In this document: positions 42,971-53,820 of the stretch, piece by piece
How positions within the stretch are numbered: the stretch's first letter is position 1
How the letters are laid out: every line of letters begins with the position of its first letter
Assembly: GCA_963715335.1 (NCBI GenBank)
Contig: CAVQRZ010000022.1
Coordinates: 121,559-185,558 of the forward strand
From: an uncultured delta proteobacterium
GTDB taxonomy: Bacteria > Desulfobacterota > Desulfuromonadia > Desulfuromonadales > BM103
Reading direction: 5' to 3'
Length of the DNA: 64,000 nt
Position numbers and translations under genes: made by a program
Notes under the pieces: generated by a model
Databases searched by the model: none
What the model saw: only the letters and a program-made list of their open reading frames with translations
What the model was told of the DNA's origin: nothing

Positions 42971-43670
42971 ACTTACAATGATCGCTGTTCGTTCTCTGTC
43001 TAAAACCTTTACAACTGATCGCGGCAAGGTTGACGTTCTTAAGGACGTCAGCCTCGATATCCCTGCCGGCGCTCGAATTGCTATTGTGGGCGCTTCGGGC
43101 GCAGGCAAGACGACCCTCATGCATCTGCTGGGTGGCCTGGATAAACCGACCCGTGGCTCTGTGGCTTTTGCCGGCAAAGACATCTTCAGCTATTCCGCCT
43201 CCGAGTTGGACGCCTTCCGCAACCGCTCAATTGGCTTCGTCTTTCAATTCCATCAGTTGCTTCCTGAATTTACCGCACTGGAAAATGTCATGATGCCGGC
43301 CCTGATAGCACGTGATTCGGTTCAGGAAGCGCAAAAGAGAGCCAAAGATATTCTTGCCGCGGTCGGCCTTGAGCACAGATTGGACCATAAGCCGGGGCAG
43401 CTTTCTGGCGGCGAGCAGCAACGTGTCGCCATCGCCCGTTCTCTGGTCATGTCTCCCCGGCTTTTGCTGGCCGACGAGCCGACCGGTAATCTTGACAGTG
43501 TGACCTCCGATGAGATCCTTGCCTTGCTTGATCGCTTGCACAAAGAGCGTGACTTGACCATGGTTGTTGTCACACACAGCGAGAAAGTTGCAACACATAT
43601 GGATCGGATTGTCAGAATGGTGGATGGCAGGATACAGGGTGACAGTTGCAGAGGCCCCTCGCTTGGTTGA
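42963..43670 (+). CDS. lolD: Lipoprotein-releasing ABC transporter ATPase
   Basis: [26 protein letters not shown] and ADEPTGNLD; adjacent to the permease. Confidence 0.93.
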   Translation: MNRLTMIAVRSLSKTFTTDRGKVDVLKDVSLDIPAGARIAIVGASGAGKTTLMHLLGGLDKPTRGSVAFAGKDIFSYSASELDAFRNRSIGFVFQFHQLLPEFTALENVMMPALIARDSVQEAQKRAKDILAAVGLEHRLDHKPGQLSGGEQQRVAIARSLVMSPRLLLADEPTGNLDSVTSDEILALLDRLHKERDLTMVVVTHSEKVATHMDRIVRMVDGRIQGDSCRGPSLG

Positions 43671-43709
43671 TCCCTTGACCTGTTTGTGAGCATTCTCAGG
43701 GTTTTTTGC

Positions 43710-43761
43710 TGCTATAATCTCCCAGTTTATGGTTTACCTCCCGGGATTGTTCCCATATAAT
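43710..43761 (+). promoter_or_regulatory. Promoter candidates upstream of bamA
   Basis: Extended -10 TGCTATAAT (43710-43718) and TTTACC, 17-nt spacer, TATAAT (43733-43761). Confidence 0.5.
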
Positions 43762-43804
43762 AATGCGATTTTCAAATGTTAACTTGAACTGGAGTGGTAT
43801 TGAT

Positions 43805-46066
43805 ATGTTCAAGAGGGCTCTTTCTCTGCTGATCTGCCTGTCTCTCGCTTTGCCGGCGTGGGCTGCCCAAGAATTTCTTCTTGTTGATGTCGTCATTAAG
43901 GGCAACCAGCGTGTGCAAACGGCTGATATCCTGAATGCCATGGCTATCAAGCCTGGACAAACAGTGACTCCGGGTGATATCGATGGAGCGATGGAAGATG
44001 TCTTCAAGATGGGACGCTTTGCCGATATCTCAGCGGAAATCTCAGGAGACGCAGACGCATCCACTCTTACCCTCAAAGTCGAAGAACGTCCATTGGTGAG
44101 AAATGTGCGTTTCGAGGGCAATGATGAGATAAAAGAGGAAAAGCTGCGGGAAGTGATCACGATTCGTGTCCCGGATATCTACGATCCGTTTCAAGTTGCA
44201 AAAAGTGTCGACATGGTCAAGGCAGTGTATTCGAGTGAGGGATACTATGCGGCCAAGGTCACGGCAGACAGCCATGTCAATGAGAAGAATGAGACTTTAG
44301 TGACCTTCCGCATCAAGGAAGGTGAAATCGTCCGCATCAAGGATATCCGTTTTGAAGGGAACACGGTTTTTGATAACGGTGACCTGAAAGATGTCATGGA
44401 AACCAAAAAGAAGTGGTTTCTTTCGTGGATGACTGGCCGGGGCAATTATAATGAGATGCTTCTGCAACAGGACCTTGAGAGGATTTCTGATCGCTACTTC
44501 AATGAAGGCTATGTCAGGGTGAAGGTCCGTGAACCTGTTATCAGCCTGGTTGATAATGAAAGACACATGCTGCTCCTGATTCACATCGACGAAGGGCCCC
44601 AATACCGGATTTCTGACATGGATGCCGAAGGCGATCTTATCAGAGATAAAGAAGGGCTTCTCGCCCTTGTGGATATGAAGCCCGGTGATGTTTTCTCCCG
44701 AACCAAATTGCGTGCCGGGGTTGGTGCTGTCACGGATGTCTATGCGGACCAGGGCTACGCTTACGCGAACGTGTCGCCCTTGACCAGGACAGATGACGAG
44801 AAAAAACTGATTGCCGTGATGCTTGATATTGAGCAGGGGCCCCAGGTCTCCGTGGATCGGATCGATATTACTGGAAATAGCAAAACCCGTGACAAGGTCA
44901 TCCGTCGTGAGATGAAGCTGATTGAGGGGGAACTGTTCAGTGCCAGTGATCTGAAGCGAAGCAAGGCCCGCATCAACAACCTCGGTTTTTTTGAAGCCGT
45001 TGATATCAGCACCAGTCCTGGGTCAACAGAAGACAAGATGAATGTCAATGTCAATGTCCAGGAACGGGCAACCGGAACTTTCAGCGTCGGTGCCGGTTAC
45101 TCTTCGGTCGATGGAGTGGTTGGCCAGGCATCGATAACCCAGGAGAACTTCCTTGGTCGCGGCCTGAGATTGAACCTGGCCGCTTCTGTCGGCGGCAACA
45201 GCAAGACTTACCAGCTGGGGATCACCGACCCCTATTTCATGGATACACGCTGGACGGTCGGTGGTGAAGTTTACCAGACCACGCGGGAATGGGATGACTA
45301 CAGCCGCGATGCGACGGGTTTCGCCCTTAAAGCCGGGCATCCGGTCGGTGAATATTCTCGAATCCTTGCGACATACCGACTGGAATTTGCGGATGTCTAC
45401 GATATCGATTTTTTCGCCTCCGATACCATCAAGGACGAGGAAGGCACATCGACAGTCAGTTCGATAACAACCACCTATTCTTACAACACGACAGACAATC
45501 GCCTTGACCCTTCGGCCGGGACCGACCTGAGTGCATCGTGGGAATTCGCCGGGTTAGGCGGGACGGAGCATTTCAGCAAGTATATTCTCGACGCCCGTCA
45601 TTTCTGGCCCTTCGTCTGGGGTACGGTGCTATCTGCGCGCGGCCAGATCGGTTATGTCCATGACTGGCAGAGTAAAGATGACGTTCCCCTCGATGAGCGC
45701 TTCTACCTTGGCGGCATCAGTACCATCCGCGGCTTTGAGAATCGCGAAGTCGGTCCGCGCGACGAATATGGTGACTTTATCGGCGGTGAAACCGAGGCCT
45801 TCTTCAATCTTGAGTTTATCTTCCCGCTTTATGAAGAGTTGAAAATCAAGGGGGTCGTTTTCTACGACGTTGGCAACTCCTGGAGCAGTGACGATTACTG
45901 GGGTGAAGATGACCAGGTGTTCGGCTCATGGCGATACAGCACCGGTGCAGGGATTCGCTGGCTGAGCCCACTCGGGCCAATGCGATTTGAGTATGGGATC
46001 AACCTCGATCCAAGGGATTATGAATCTGATTCCAAGTTCGATTTCATGATAGGACGCTTTTTCTAA
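43805..46066 (+). CDS. bamA: Outer membrane protein assembly factor BamA
   Basis: Signal peptide, POTRA repeats (GN.KTRDKVIRRE), IRGF, SPLGPMRF and terminal Phe. Start at ATG 43805 behind GGAG. Confidence 0.97.
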   Translation: MFKRALSLLICLSLALPAWAAQEFLLVDVVIKGNQRVQTADILNAMAIKPGQTVTPGDIDGAMEDVFKMGRFADISAEISGDADASTLTLKVEERPLVRNVRFEGNDEIKEEKLREVITIRVPDIYDPFQVAKSVDMVKAVYSSEGYYAAKVTADSHVNEKNETLVTFRIKEGEIVRIKDIRFEGNTVFDNGDLKDVMETKKKWFLSWMTGRGNYNEMLLQQDLERISDRYFNEGYVRVKVREPVISLVDNERHMLLLIHIDEGPQYRISDMDAEGDLIRDKEGLLALVDMKPGDVFSRTKLRAGVGAVTDVYADQGYAYANVSPLTRTDDEKKLIAVMLDIEQGPQVSVDRIDITGNSKTRDKVIRREMKLIEGELFSASDLKRSKARINNLGFFEAVDISTSPGSTEDKMNVNVNVQERATGTFSVGAGYSSVDGVVGQASITQENFLGRGLRLNLAASVGGNSKTYQLGITDPYFMDTRWTVGGEVYQTTREWDDYSRDATGFALKAGHPVGEYSRILATYRLEFADVYDIDFFASDTIKDEEGTSTVSSITTTYSYNTTDNRLDPSAGTDLSASWEFAGLGGTEHFSKYILDARHFWPFVWGTVLSARGQIGYVHDWQSKDDVPLDERFYLGGISTIRGFENREVGPRDEYGDFIGGETEAFFNLEFIFPLYEELKIKGVVFYDVGNSWSSDDYWGEDDQVFGSWRYSTGAGIRWLSPLGPMRFEYGINLDPRDYESDSKFDFMIGRFF

Positions 46067-46101
46067 AACACTTCAGCAGAGATCACTCAAGGAGAAAATG
46101 C

Positions 46102-46608
46102 ATGAAACAGATTGTCGTTGTTCTTTTGGTTTGCCTTGGCTTGACTGTTGCCCCCGCAATGGCAAAAGAGCAGAAAATAGCTTATATCGACCTGCAGAAA
46201 GCGTTGAACCTGTCTGCTGCCGGCAAGGAAGCAAAGGAAAAGATCAAGGCACAGGTGCAGGTCTACGATGTTCAGGTCCGGCAGAGCCAGGAGACGCTGA
46301 AGAAGCTCAAGGAAGACCTGGAAAAGCAGGCCATGCTGCTCTCCGAGGAAGCCCGTAGTGCCAAGGAGCGCGATTATCAGCAGAAGGTCAAGGAGTATCA
46401 GCGCTTCACCAAGGACATCCAGGACACCCTGCAGCAGATGGACACGGACCTGACGCGCAAAATCCTGGAACAACTCCTTGAAGTGGCCCAGACTCTCGGC
46501 AAGAGTGAGGGGTACACGATGATCCTTGAAAAAACCGAGAGCTCTATCGTTTATGCCGACGAAAGCATTGATATCACCGATAAGGTTATCAAGGCTTCTG
46601 AAAAATAG
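46102..46608 (+). CDS. skp: Periplasmic chaperone Skp/OmpH
   Basis: KIAYIDLQ, coiled coil and DITDKVI; lies between bamA and lpxD. Confidence 0.93.
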   Translation: MKQIVVVLLVCLGLTVAPAMAKEQKIAYIDLQKALNLSAAGKEAKEKIKAQVQVYDVQVRQSQETLKKLKEDLEKQAMLLSEEARSAKERDYQQKVKEYQRFTKDIQDTLQQMDTDLTRKILEQLLEVAQTLGKSEGYTMILEKTESSIVYADESIDITDKVIKASEK

Positions 46609-46619
46609 GGGAAGTCGAC

Positions 46620-47681
46620 ATGCATGTTGAGCGCAGGGGGAAAATCTCCCTGGCAAAATTGGCAGAAATGGTAGGGGGGTCCGTCTCTGGCGACCCCTCT
46701 ATTTCTGTCTCCGGGGTTGCACCTCTCGAGCTTGCCGGCGCGGAACACGTTTCGTTCCTGGCAAACCCCAAGTACCTGGGGAAACTGTCGGGTTGCAAGG
46801 CTGCCGCAATCATTGCCCATCCCTCTCTGGAAGGGAGTGTAGAGACTACGTTGTTGCTGGCAGACAACCCTTATCTGGCGTTTGCTAAGATCCTGACCTA
46901 TTTCGGGAGCGTGCCTTATGTTGGCCAGGGAATCATGGCGGGAGCTCATGTGCACCGCGACGTGATGATCGGCGAGAATGTGACCATATCGCCCGGTTGT
47001 GTCGTCTGTGCAGGGGTAAAGATCGGCAGGGGGACCTGCCTGCATCCGAATGTTGTCGTTGGGGACGATGCCATTATCGGTGAGGATTGCCTGCTGCATG
47101 CAAATGTTACAATCCGCGAAAAGAGTATCATAGGCAACCGGGTGATTATTCAACCGGGAGCCGTGGTGGGTGCCGATGGTTTTGGTTTTGCCCCTGATGG
47201 AGAGACGTATTACAAAATTCCCCAGGTGGGGCATGTCGTGATTGAAGATGACGTCGAAATCGGCGCGTGTTCGTGTATTGATCGAGGTACGCTTGGCGAG
47301 ACACGGATCTCCCGCGGTACAAAAATAGACAATCTGGTTCAGGTTGCTCACAATGTAGTGGTCGGCGAGGATACCATCCTGGTTTCCCAGACCGGTATTG
47401 CCGGCAGCACGGTCATCGGCAGGCATTGTACCTTCGGTGGACAATCCGCTGCTACAGGCCATGTCAAGGTTGGTGACAACGTGACCCTGGCAGCTCGGGG
47501 CGGGATTTCCAGTAACGTTGGGGGCAATCAGAGTCTCGCCGGTGTCCCGGCCATGCCCCATCGGGAGTGGCTCAAGGCCACCATGACCATGACCCATCTT
47601 CCGGAGATGCGTCGCGAGTTAAAAAAATTGAAGAAACAGGTTGAAGAGTTACAACGTAAACTATCGGAGGATCAAGATTAA
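46620..47681 (+). CDS. lpxD: UDP-3-O-acyl-glucosamine N-acyltransferase
   Basis: FLANPKY, hexapeptide repeats, GADGFGF, IDRG and [11 protein letters not shown]. Confidence 0.97.
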   Translation: MHVERRGKISLAKLAEMVGGSVSGDPSISVSGVAPLELAGAEHVSFLANPKYLGKLSGCKAAAIIAHPSLEGSVETTLLLADNPYLAFAKILTYFGSVPYVGQGIMAGAHVHRDVMIGENVTISPGCVVCAGVKIGRGTCLHPNVVVGDDAIIGEDCLLHANVTIREKSIIGNRVIIQPGAVVGADGFGFAPDGETYYKIPQVGHVVIEDDVEIGACSCIDRGTLGETRISRGTKIDNLVQVAHNVVVGEDTILVSQTGIAGSTVIGRHCTFGGQSAATGHVKVGDNVTLAARGGISSNVGGNQSLAGVPAMPHREWLKATMTMTHLPEMRRELKKLKKQVEELQRKLSEDQD

Positions 47682-47683
47682 CC

Positions 47684-48118
47684 ATGGAACTGAACACTTT
47701 GGATATTATGAAGTTGCTGCCTCACCGTTATCCATTCCTGCTGGTGGACAGAATCACTGAATTTGTAAAAGACAAGCAGATAGTCGGCGTCAAGAACGTG
47801 ACGATCAATGAACCGTTCTTCCAGGGGCATTTTCCGGACCATCCGATTATGCCCGGTGTCCTGATTCTTGAGGCCATGGCACAGGTCGGTGGCGTCTACG
47901 CTATCCTTGCTAATGAAGTTGGTGAAAATCAGGTTCCTTACTTCGTCGGTATCGACAAGGCAAAATTTCGCAAGCCGGTCCTGCCCGGCGACGTCCTGCA
48001 ACTTGCTCTTGAATTACAGAAGGTGCGGCGAGGTATCTATCATTTCCTGGGCAAAGCCACGGTTGGTGGCAAACTGGTTGCGGAAGCAGAATTGAAAGCA
48101 ACCTTTGCGGACAAGTAG
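47684..48118 (+). CDS. fabZ: 3-hydroxyacyl-ACP dehydratase
   Basis: [11 protein letters not shown] and [18 protein letters not shown]. Confidence 0.98.
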   Translation: MELNTLDIMKLLPHRYPFLLVDRITEFVKDKQIVGVKNVTINEPFFQGHFPDHPIMPGVLILEAMAQVGGVYAILANEVGENQVPYFVGIDKAKFRKPVLPGDVLQLALELQKVRRGIYHFLGKATVGGKLVAEAELKATFADK

Positions 48119-48126
48119 GGGGGAGC

Positions 48127-48897
48127 ATGATTCACCCGACAGCAATTATACAACCCGGGGCCAAAATTGACGGGAATGTTTCGATTGGCCCTTTCAGCGT
48201 GATTGGCGAGAGTGTGACAATCGGCTCAGGAACGACGGTCGGGGCTCATGTTGTCATTGAAGGCTGGACCGAGATCGGCAGTGACAACCAGATCTACCAG
48301 TTTTCATCGATCGGTGCCGCACCACAGGATCTGAAATATTCCGGAGAACAGACCTATCTGAAGATAGGTGATCGTAATCGTATCCGGGAGTTTACCACTC
48401 TGAATCGCGGGACCGCTGAAGGCGGCGGCGTCACCACTGTGGGTAATGATAACCTCTTCATGGCCTATTCGCATGTTGCACACGACTGTATTATTCACGA
48501 TTATGCCATCCTGGCGAACGGCGCGACACTGGCCGGGCATGTTGAAATCGAATCTTCGGCGATCCTGGGCGGGCTCTCCGCTGTGCACCAGTTTTGCCGT
48601 ATCGGTTGTCATACCATGATCAGCGGGGGATCGATGGTTGCCCAGGACGTCCCACCGTACACTGTCGCCCAGGGGGATAGGGCTAAAACGATGGGCCTGA
48701 ACCTGATCGGCATGAAGCGGCGCGGTTTCTCCGAAGAGACAATCCGTGGCATAAAAAAGGCGTACCGCATGATATTCCGTTCCGGAATGCGTTTGGAAGA
48801 AGCCATTGACACGGTTTCCAGGGAGGTTGAACTGACCCCGGAACTTGATCATTTTGTCAATTTCATCAAGGAGAGCCAGCGCGGTATCGCCCGCTGA
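48127..48897 (+). CDS. lpxA: UDP-N-acetylglucosamine acyltransferase
   Basis: MIHPTA, PQDLKY, HVAHDC and VHQF. Confidence 0.97.
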   Translation: MIHPTAIIQPGAKIDGNVSIGPFSVIGESVTIGSGTTVGAHVVIEGWTEIGSDNQIYQFSSIGAAPQDLKYSGEQTYLKIGDRNRIREFTTLNRGTAEGGGVTTVGNDNLFMAYSHVAHDCIIHDYAILANGATLAGHVEIESSAILGGLSAVHQFCRIGCHTMISGGSMVAQDVPPYTVAQGDRAKTMGLNLIGMKRRGFSEETIRGIKKAYRMIFRSGMRLEEAIDTVSREVELTPELDHFVNFIKESQRGIAR

Positions 48898-48965
48898 CCT
48901 GATGATATCCGGAATCCTGCATAAAAAATTGAACCTGTTTCGCAACCAGAGGCCTGGACGCTAAC

Positions 48966-50156
48966 GTGACTTCCACTGCCAGACGCATCATGATTGTAAC
49001 TGGTGAAGCTTCCGGCGACCTGCACGGCGCAAAACTGATCAACGCTGTTAAGGCTCAGTCACCGGGAACCATTTTCTACGGTGTCGGTGGCTCCAGGATG
49101 GAAGCCGCAGGCTGCGAGATATTGATCCCCGGCGAACAGCTTGCGGTTATGGGAATTGTCGAGGTGATCGGTCATTTCCCGGTGCTCTGGCGGTCCTTCC
49201 AGCGCTTGAAGCGTGAATTGCACGGCGATTGCAAACCCGACGCCCTGGTGCTGATCGATTTCCCGGATTTCAATCTGCGACTGGCCAACCAGGCACATCA
49301 ATCAGGAGTGCCGGTCCTTTATTATGTCAGCCCGCAGGTCTGGGCCTGGCGCAAGGGGAGGGTTAAGCAGATTGCCCGGGTCGTTGATGCACTGGCAGCC
49401 ATCTTCCCGTTTGAACCGGCGTACTACGCTGGTCTGAATATTGTCGTCAAGTACGTCGGTCATCCGCTGCTGGATGAATTTGCAGCGGTTACGGAGACTG
49501 TTGACCTCCGGCGCGAGTTGCAGATACCTGAGGCCAAGAAGCTTGTTGGCTTGTTCCCGGGGAGTCGGCGCAACGAGCTACGCTTTATGCTGGAGACCCT
49601 GGTGGAGGCTGCCCGTCTCATCCATGAAAAAAGGCCGGACGTGCATTTTCTGGTTCCGGTTGCCGACTCCTTGTCGCAACTCGAGATAGAGGCAAAATTT
49701 CCGCCCGGTCTGCCGGTTTCTTTCATAAAGAACCACGCAGTTAATATCTACGCCGTCGCCAAAAGCTGCGATACCATACTGAGTGTTTCCGGAACCGTGA
49801 CACTGCAGATCGCGCTCGTCTGTACACCGATGGCAATCTTCTACAAAGCTTCACCGCTTACGTATGCTATCGGCAAGCGACTGGTCCGGGTCGATCATTT
49901 TGGCCTGCCGAATATTGTCGCTGGTGCGCGCATTGTTCCTGAGTTTCTTCAGCAGATGGCGACCCCCAAAGCCCTGTCTGACGAAGCACTGCACGTTCTG
50001 AACGATAACGCTTACGCTACGGAGATCAGGGCCGGCTTGCGAAAAGTTCAAGACAAGCTCGGCGAGGCAGGTTGTTCAAACCGGGTTGCGGCAATGCTCT
50101 TTGAAATGCTAAACAAGCGAGAAACAACACAAAGCATTGGGAACAATGACGAATAA
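48966..50156 (+). CDS. lpxB: Lipid-A-disaccharide synthase
   Basis: GEASGDLHG, IDFPDFN, YVSPQVWAWR, VGHPL and FPGSR..E. Confidence 0.97.
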   Translation: MTSTARRIMIVTGEASGDLHGAKLINAVKAQSPGTIFYGVGGSRMEAAGCEILIPGEQLAVMGIVEVIGHFPVLWRSFQRLKRELHGDCKPDALVLIDFPDFNLRLANQAHQSGVPVLYYVSPQVWAWRKGRVKQIARVVDALAAIFPFEPAYYAGLNIVVKYVGHPLLDEFAAVTETVDLRRELQIPEAKKLVGLFPGSRRNELRFMLETLVEAARLIHEKRPDVHFLVPVADSLSQLEIEAKFPPGLPVSFIKNHAVNIYAVAKSCDTILSVSGTVTLQIALVCTPMAIFYKASPLTYAIGKRLVRVDHFGLPNIVAGARIVPEFLQQMATPKALSDEALHVLNDNAYATEIRAGLRKVQDKLGEAGCSNRVAAMLFEMLNKRETTQSIGNNDE

Positions 50157-51876
50157 AGAGATTTACCTCAGATTGCTCGGCTATTCCCGGCCTTATTTAT
50201 GGCGCATTGTCTTGTCCATAATTTTTTCCCTGGTTGTAGCCGGGACCGATGTCGGATATGTCAACCTCATCGAACCGTTGGTAGACAAGATTATTACTGC
50301 CGGCAACCACGAGCTGGTTTATCTTGTCCCGGTCGTTATTATCGGGCTGGCTATTCTCAAAGGTGCTGGCCGCTATTTCCAAGAGTACTACATCAAGACG
50401 GCAGGCCAATTGGTTGTTCAGGACCTGCGCAACGGGCTGTTTAAAAAATTCATGCATTTGTCGATGGGCTTTCATGTCAATCAATCGTCCGGAGGCCTTA
50501 CCTCAAAAGTCCTCAATGATATTGGGGTTATGCAAAAATCTGCGGCAGATGCCCTGGTGGATGGCGTGCGTGAAAGCTTCACGCTGGTTGGCTTGGTTTG
50601 CCTGGCTTTTTACAAAGACTGGAGATTGTCCGCGGTTGCTTTTACGGTACTGCCATTCTGCGTGATCCCCGCTTCTGTTCTCGGCAGGAGGATTAAGACC
50701 AACATTAAACTCAGCCTTGAAAGTGTGGGCTTTCTGACTGTTACATTACAGGAGTCATTCGACGGTATAAAAGTCATCAAAGCCTTTGGTCGTGAGGAAA
50801 ACCAGGTCCATAAGTTCAAAACTGAGAACAAAGACTATTACCGCTTTTTACGTAAAGCAATTAAATACAATTCCTTGACCGCTCCAGCCATTGAAATTCT
50901 CGCCGCTTTAGGTGCTGCGGGTGTGGTCTGGTATGGCGTCCACAGAGTTCTCTCAGGTGACATGACGCAAGGGCAGCTCTTTTCAGTCGTTGCCGCGATC
51001 ATGATGCTGTTTACGCCGGTAAAACGACTGACCAAGGTAAGCAATACCATCCAACAGTCCATCGGCGCTGCCGAACGGGTTTTCACCCTTTTGGACCAGC
51101 CCTTAACGGTTTTCGACAGGCAAGGCTCTGTTGACATGCCGCGTGCGAGGGGCGAAGTGGTTTTTGAAAATATCACCTTCAGCTACGACGGTGATCCCGT
51201 GTTGAAAGATTTCAGTCTACATGCCTATCCTGGTGAAGTCATTGCCCTGGTTGGGCCCAGCGGCGCTGGAAAATCAACGGCTGCAGGTCTGATTGCCCGC
51301 TTCTACGATCCGCAACAGGGCCATATAAAGATAGATGGCTACGATATTCGAGACGTTTCGATGGAGAGCCTGAAAAAGAACCTTGCTTTCGTGGATCAGG
51401 AAACGTTCCTGTTTAATGTGTCGATCCGCGACAACATCCGTTACGGTTCTCTCGATGCTGATGACCAGGCTGTCACTGAGGCGGCGCGGCAAGCATACGC
51501 CGATGAATTTATAGATAAGATGCCGCAAGGGTACGATACCATTATTGGTGACCGGGGTGTCCGACTCTCGGGCGGGCAACGGCAAAGGCTTTGTGTTGCG
51601 CGCGCACTGCTTCGAGATGCCCCGATCCTGATCCTGGATGAGGCAACCAGTGCTTTGGATACGGAGAGTGAAGCAATGGTGCAGAAGGCCCTGGCTAACC
51701 TGATGGAAAACCGCACTACACTGGTGATCGCGCACAGGCTATCGACGATCATGCACGCAGACAGGATTGTTGTTCTCGATCAGGGGGAAGTCGTTGAAGT
51801 CGGCAGTCACCAGGAATTGCTTTTGAAAGATGGTGTTTATCGCAATCTGTATGAAATGCAGTTCAGGGATGCCTGA
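50137..51876 (+). CDS. msbA: Lipid A export ABC transporter
   Basis: TM domain plus GPSGAGKS, LSGGQRQR and LDEATSALD; within the lpx cluster. ATG at 50146 is an alternative start. Confidence 0.92.
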   Translation: MGTMTNKEIYLRLLGYSRPYLWRIVLSIIFSLVVAGTDVGYVNLIEPLVDKIITAGNHELVYLVPVVIIGLAILKGAGRYFQEYYIKTAGQLVVQDLRNGLFKKFMHLSMGFHVNQSSGGLTSKVLNDIGVMQKSAADALVDGVRESFTLVGLVCLAFYKDWRLSAVAFTVLPFCVIPASVLGRRIKTNIKLSLESVGFLTVTLQESFDGIKVIKAFGREENQVHKFKTENKDYYRFLRKAIKYNSLTAPAIEILAALGAAGVVWYGVHRVLSGDMTQGQLFSVVAAIMMLFTPVKRLTKVSNTIQQSIGAAERVFTLLDQPLTVFDRQGSVDMPRARGEVVFENITFSYDGDPVLKDFSLHAYPGEVIALVGPSGAGKSTAAGLIARFYDPQQGHIKIDGYDIRDVSMESLKKNLAFVDQETFLFNVSIRDNIRYGSLDADDQAVTEAARQAYADEFIDKMPQGYDTIIGDRGVRLSGGQRQRLCVARALLRDAPILILDEATSALDTESEAMVQKALANLMENRTTLVIAHRLSTIMHADRIVVLDQGEVVEVGSHQELLLKDGVYRNLYEMQFRDA

Positions 51877-52544
51877 TGCGGCCTTTTGCGGAGAAATTGC
51901 AGTTGGCCGTTTTGCCCTGGCTGGCGGCACATGCCATACGTTTTATACATTATGTCCTTCGACCGGAGAAAGTCGGTGACGGGGAACTGAAAACAATCTG
52001 GCAGGGAGGTGGCAATGTCATTTTTTCCACCTGGCACGACCAGTTGTTGCTTATCCCCCCCGGTTATACCCGCCCCGGGGCGAAGGTGCTTATCAGCCCC
52101 TCGAAGGATGGTGAGCTGATCGCACGCACCATTGCTTACTTTGCTCTTGGTGCCGTGCGTGGTTCCTCGAGCCGTGGTGGTCGCGAGGCTTTCCGTGAGT
52201 TGATCGGTTTCGCCCGGGAGCCTGTCGATCTGGGGATTACCCCTGACGGGCCACGGGGGCCCCGTCACAAGGTGAAGGCCGGAGTTGTTCAGTTGGCCAG
52301 AGTTACCGGTCGTCCCATTGTCCCTTTGGCTTTTGCCTGCAGTCATGGTCACCGGTTTAAATCCTGGGACCGATTTCTCCTGCCTTATCCCAGGGGACGG
52401 GCGGTGTACTGTTTTGGTAAAGCCCTTTCTGCCCAAAAGGGTGAAACAACGGAACATTTCCTGGCAAGGGTTCAGCGGGCGATGGAAGATAACACGCGTC
52501 AAGCGGGAGACTATTTGAAACAATATGGTTTATCTGCTGTATGA
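51876..52544 (+). CDS. DUF374 / lysophospholipid acyltransferase-like protein
   Basis: WH, IS.SKDGE, VRGSSSRGG, ITPDGPRGP and SWDRF..P.P. Confidence 0.88.
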   Translation: MRPFAEKLQLAVLPWLAAHAIRFIHYVLRPEKVGDGELKTIWQGGGNVIFSTWHDQLLLIPPGYTRPGAKVLISPSKDGELIARTIAYFALGAVRGSSSRGGREAFRELIGFAREPVDLGITPDGPRGPRHKVKAGVVQLARVTGRPIVPLAFACSHGHRFKSWDRFLLPYPRGRAVYCFGKALSAQKGETTEHFLARVQRAMEDNTRQAGDYLKQYGLSAV

Positions 52545-53820
52545 CCTGATGCTTTATGCCTCGGCGATTATCCTGGTCCCGTATTACCTGCTGCGCGGAT
52601 TGCGCTATGGCAAGGCCCGGCGCGGTATCCGGGAACGTCTCGGTCTCTATGCTCAAGACTTCCGTCATCTCTTGCAAGGACGCAAGGTTGTCTGGGTGCA
52701 TGCCGTGTCTGTTGGTGAGACCCGCGCGGCGATTCCGTTGTTGAAGGCTTTGCGCAAGAGCTACCCGGACGCTCAGTTACTGCTCTCGAATGTGACCGAA
52801 ACCGGCAGAAAAATTGCTGTCGAGATTCATGAGATCGACCATTTCATCTTCTTCCCATTTGACTTGCGCTGGGTCGTTCGCAAAAGCCTCAACGCCATTC
52901 GTCCCGATCTTATCATCCTCGTGGAAACCGAAATCTGGCCGAATTTTGTCCTTGAAGCCAAGGCACGGGAAATCCCTCTCATCCTGGTTAACGGGCGAAT
53001 CTCGGATCGGTCTTTCCCGCGGTATCGAATGGCGGGAAAACTGTTGCCGCCGATTCTGGACACAATTTCCGATTACTGTATGCAGTCAGAGCAGGATTCG
53101 AGACGGATCCGTTACCTGGGGGCTCCTGCCGGGCGTGTTCGTGTGACCGGCAACCTGAAATTCGACATGCAGTCTCCACAAATCGATATCGATGATTTGG
53201 AAACCTTGAAAAGGGCATTCCGGCTACCCCGGGATGCCCGCATCTGGGTCGCCGGTAGCACCCATGACGGTGAGGAGACACAACTGGTTGGTGTCTATCA
53301 AAGATTGCGCAAGATCTGTCCGGAACTGTTCCTGGTCCTGATTCCAAGACATCCTGAACGATGTCGCCATGTCCAGGATGAACTTGCAAAACAGAATATC
53401 GCTACAGCTCTGCGAAGCACTCTTGCAGAGATGAGCAGGGATCTTCAGCCGGGGGAGGTCCTGATCGTTGACACCCTTGGCGAGGTGTTGAAACTCTACT
53501 CCCTGTCAGACCTGGTTTTCGTCGGCGGCAGTCTTGTGGATATCGGTGGACACAATATCCTTGAAGCGGCTTTGTTGAAAAAGCCTGTGATGTACGGTAG
53601 CCATATGCAAAATTTCAAGGAGATTGCCCGACTGGTGCGTGCGGCACATGCCGGGCTGCAGGTGAAAAATGCTGATGATCTCTACCGGCAGATGCGCATA
53701 ATGATCGAAAATCCGGATGAGGCAGTGCGGATCGGCGAAAATGGTCACCATCTCCTTGAACAGAATCGGGGAGCGACACAGAGAACTCTTGAAGTAATCG
53801 ACCGGCGGATTCTACCATAA
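52525..53820 (+). CDS. waaA: Kdo transferase
   Basis: WVHAVSVGE, ETEIWPN, GNLKFD, GSTH.GEE, PRHPER and GGHNILE. Confidence 0.96.
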   Translation: MVYLLYDLMLYASAIILVPYYLLRGLRYGKARRGIRERLGLYAQDFRHLLQGRKVVWVHAVSVGETRAAIPLLKALRKSYPDAQLLLSNVTETGRKIAVEIHEIDHFIFFPFDLRWVVRKSLNAIRPDLIILVETEIWPNFVLEAKAREIPLILVNGRISDRSFPRYRMAGKLLPPILDTISDYCMQSEQDSRRIRYLGAPAGRVRVTGNLKFDMQSPQIDIDDLETLKRAFRLPRDARIWVAGSTHDGEETQLVGVYQRLRKICPELFLVLIPRHPERCRHVQDELAKQNIATALRSTLAEMSRDLQPGEVLIVDTLGEVLKLYSLSDLVFVGGSLVDIGGHNILEAALLKKPVMYGSHMQNFKEIARLVRAAHAGLQVKNADDLYRQMRIMIENPDEAVRIGENGHHLLEQNRGATQRTLEVIDRRILP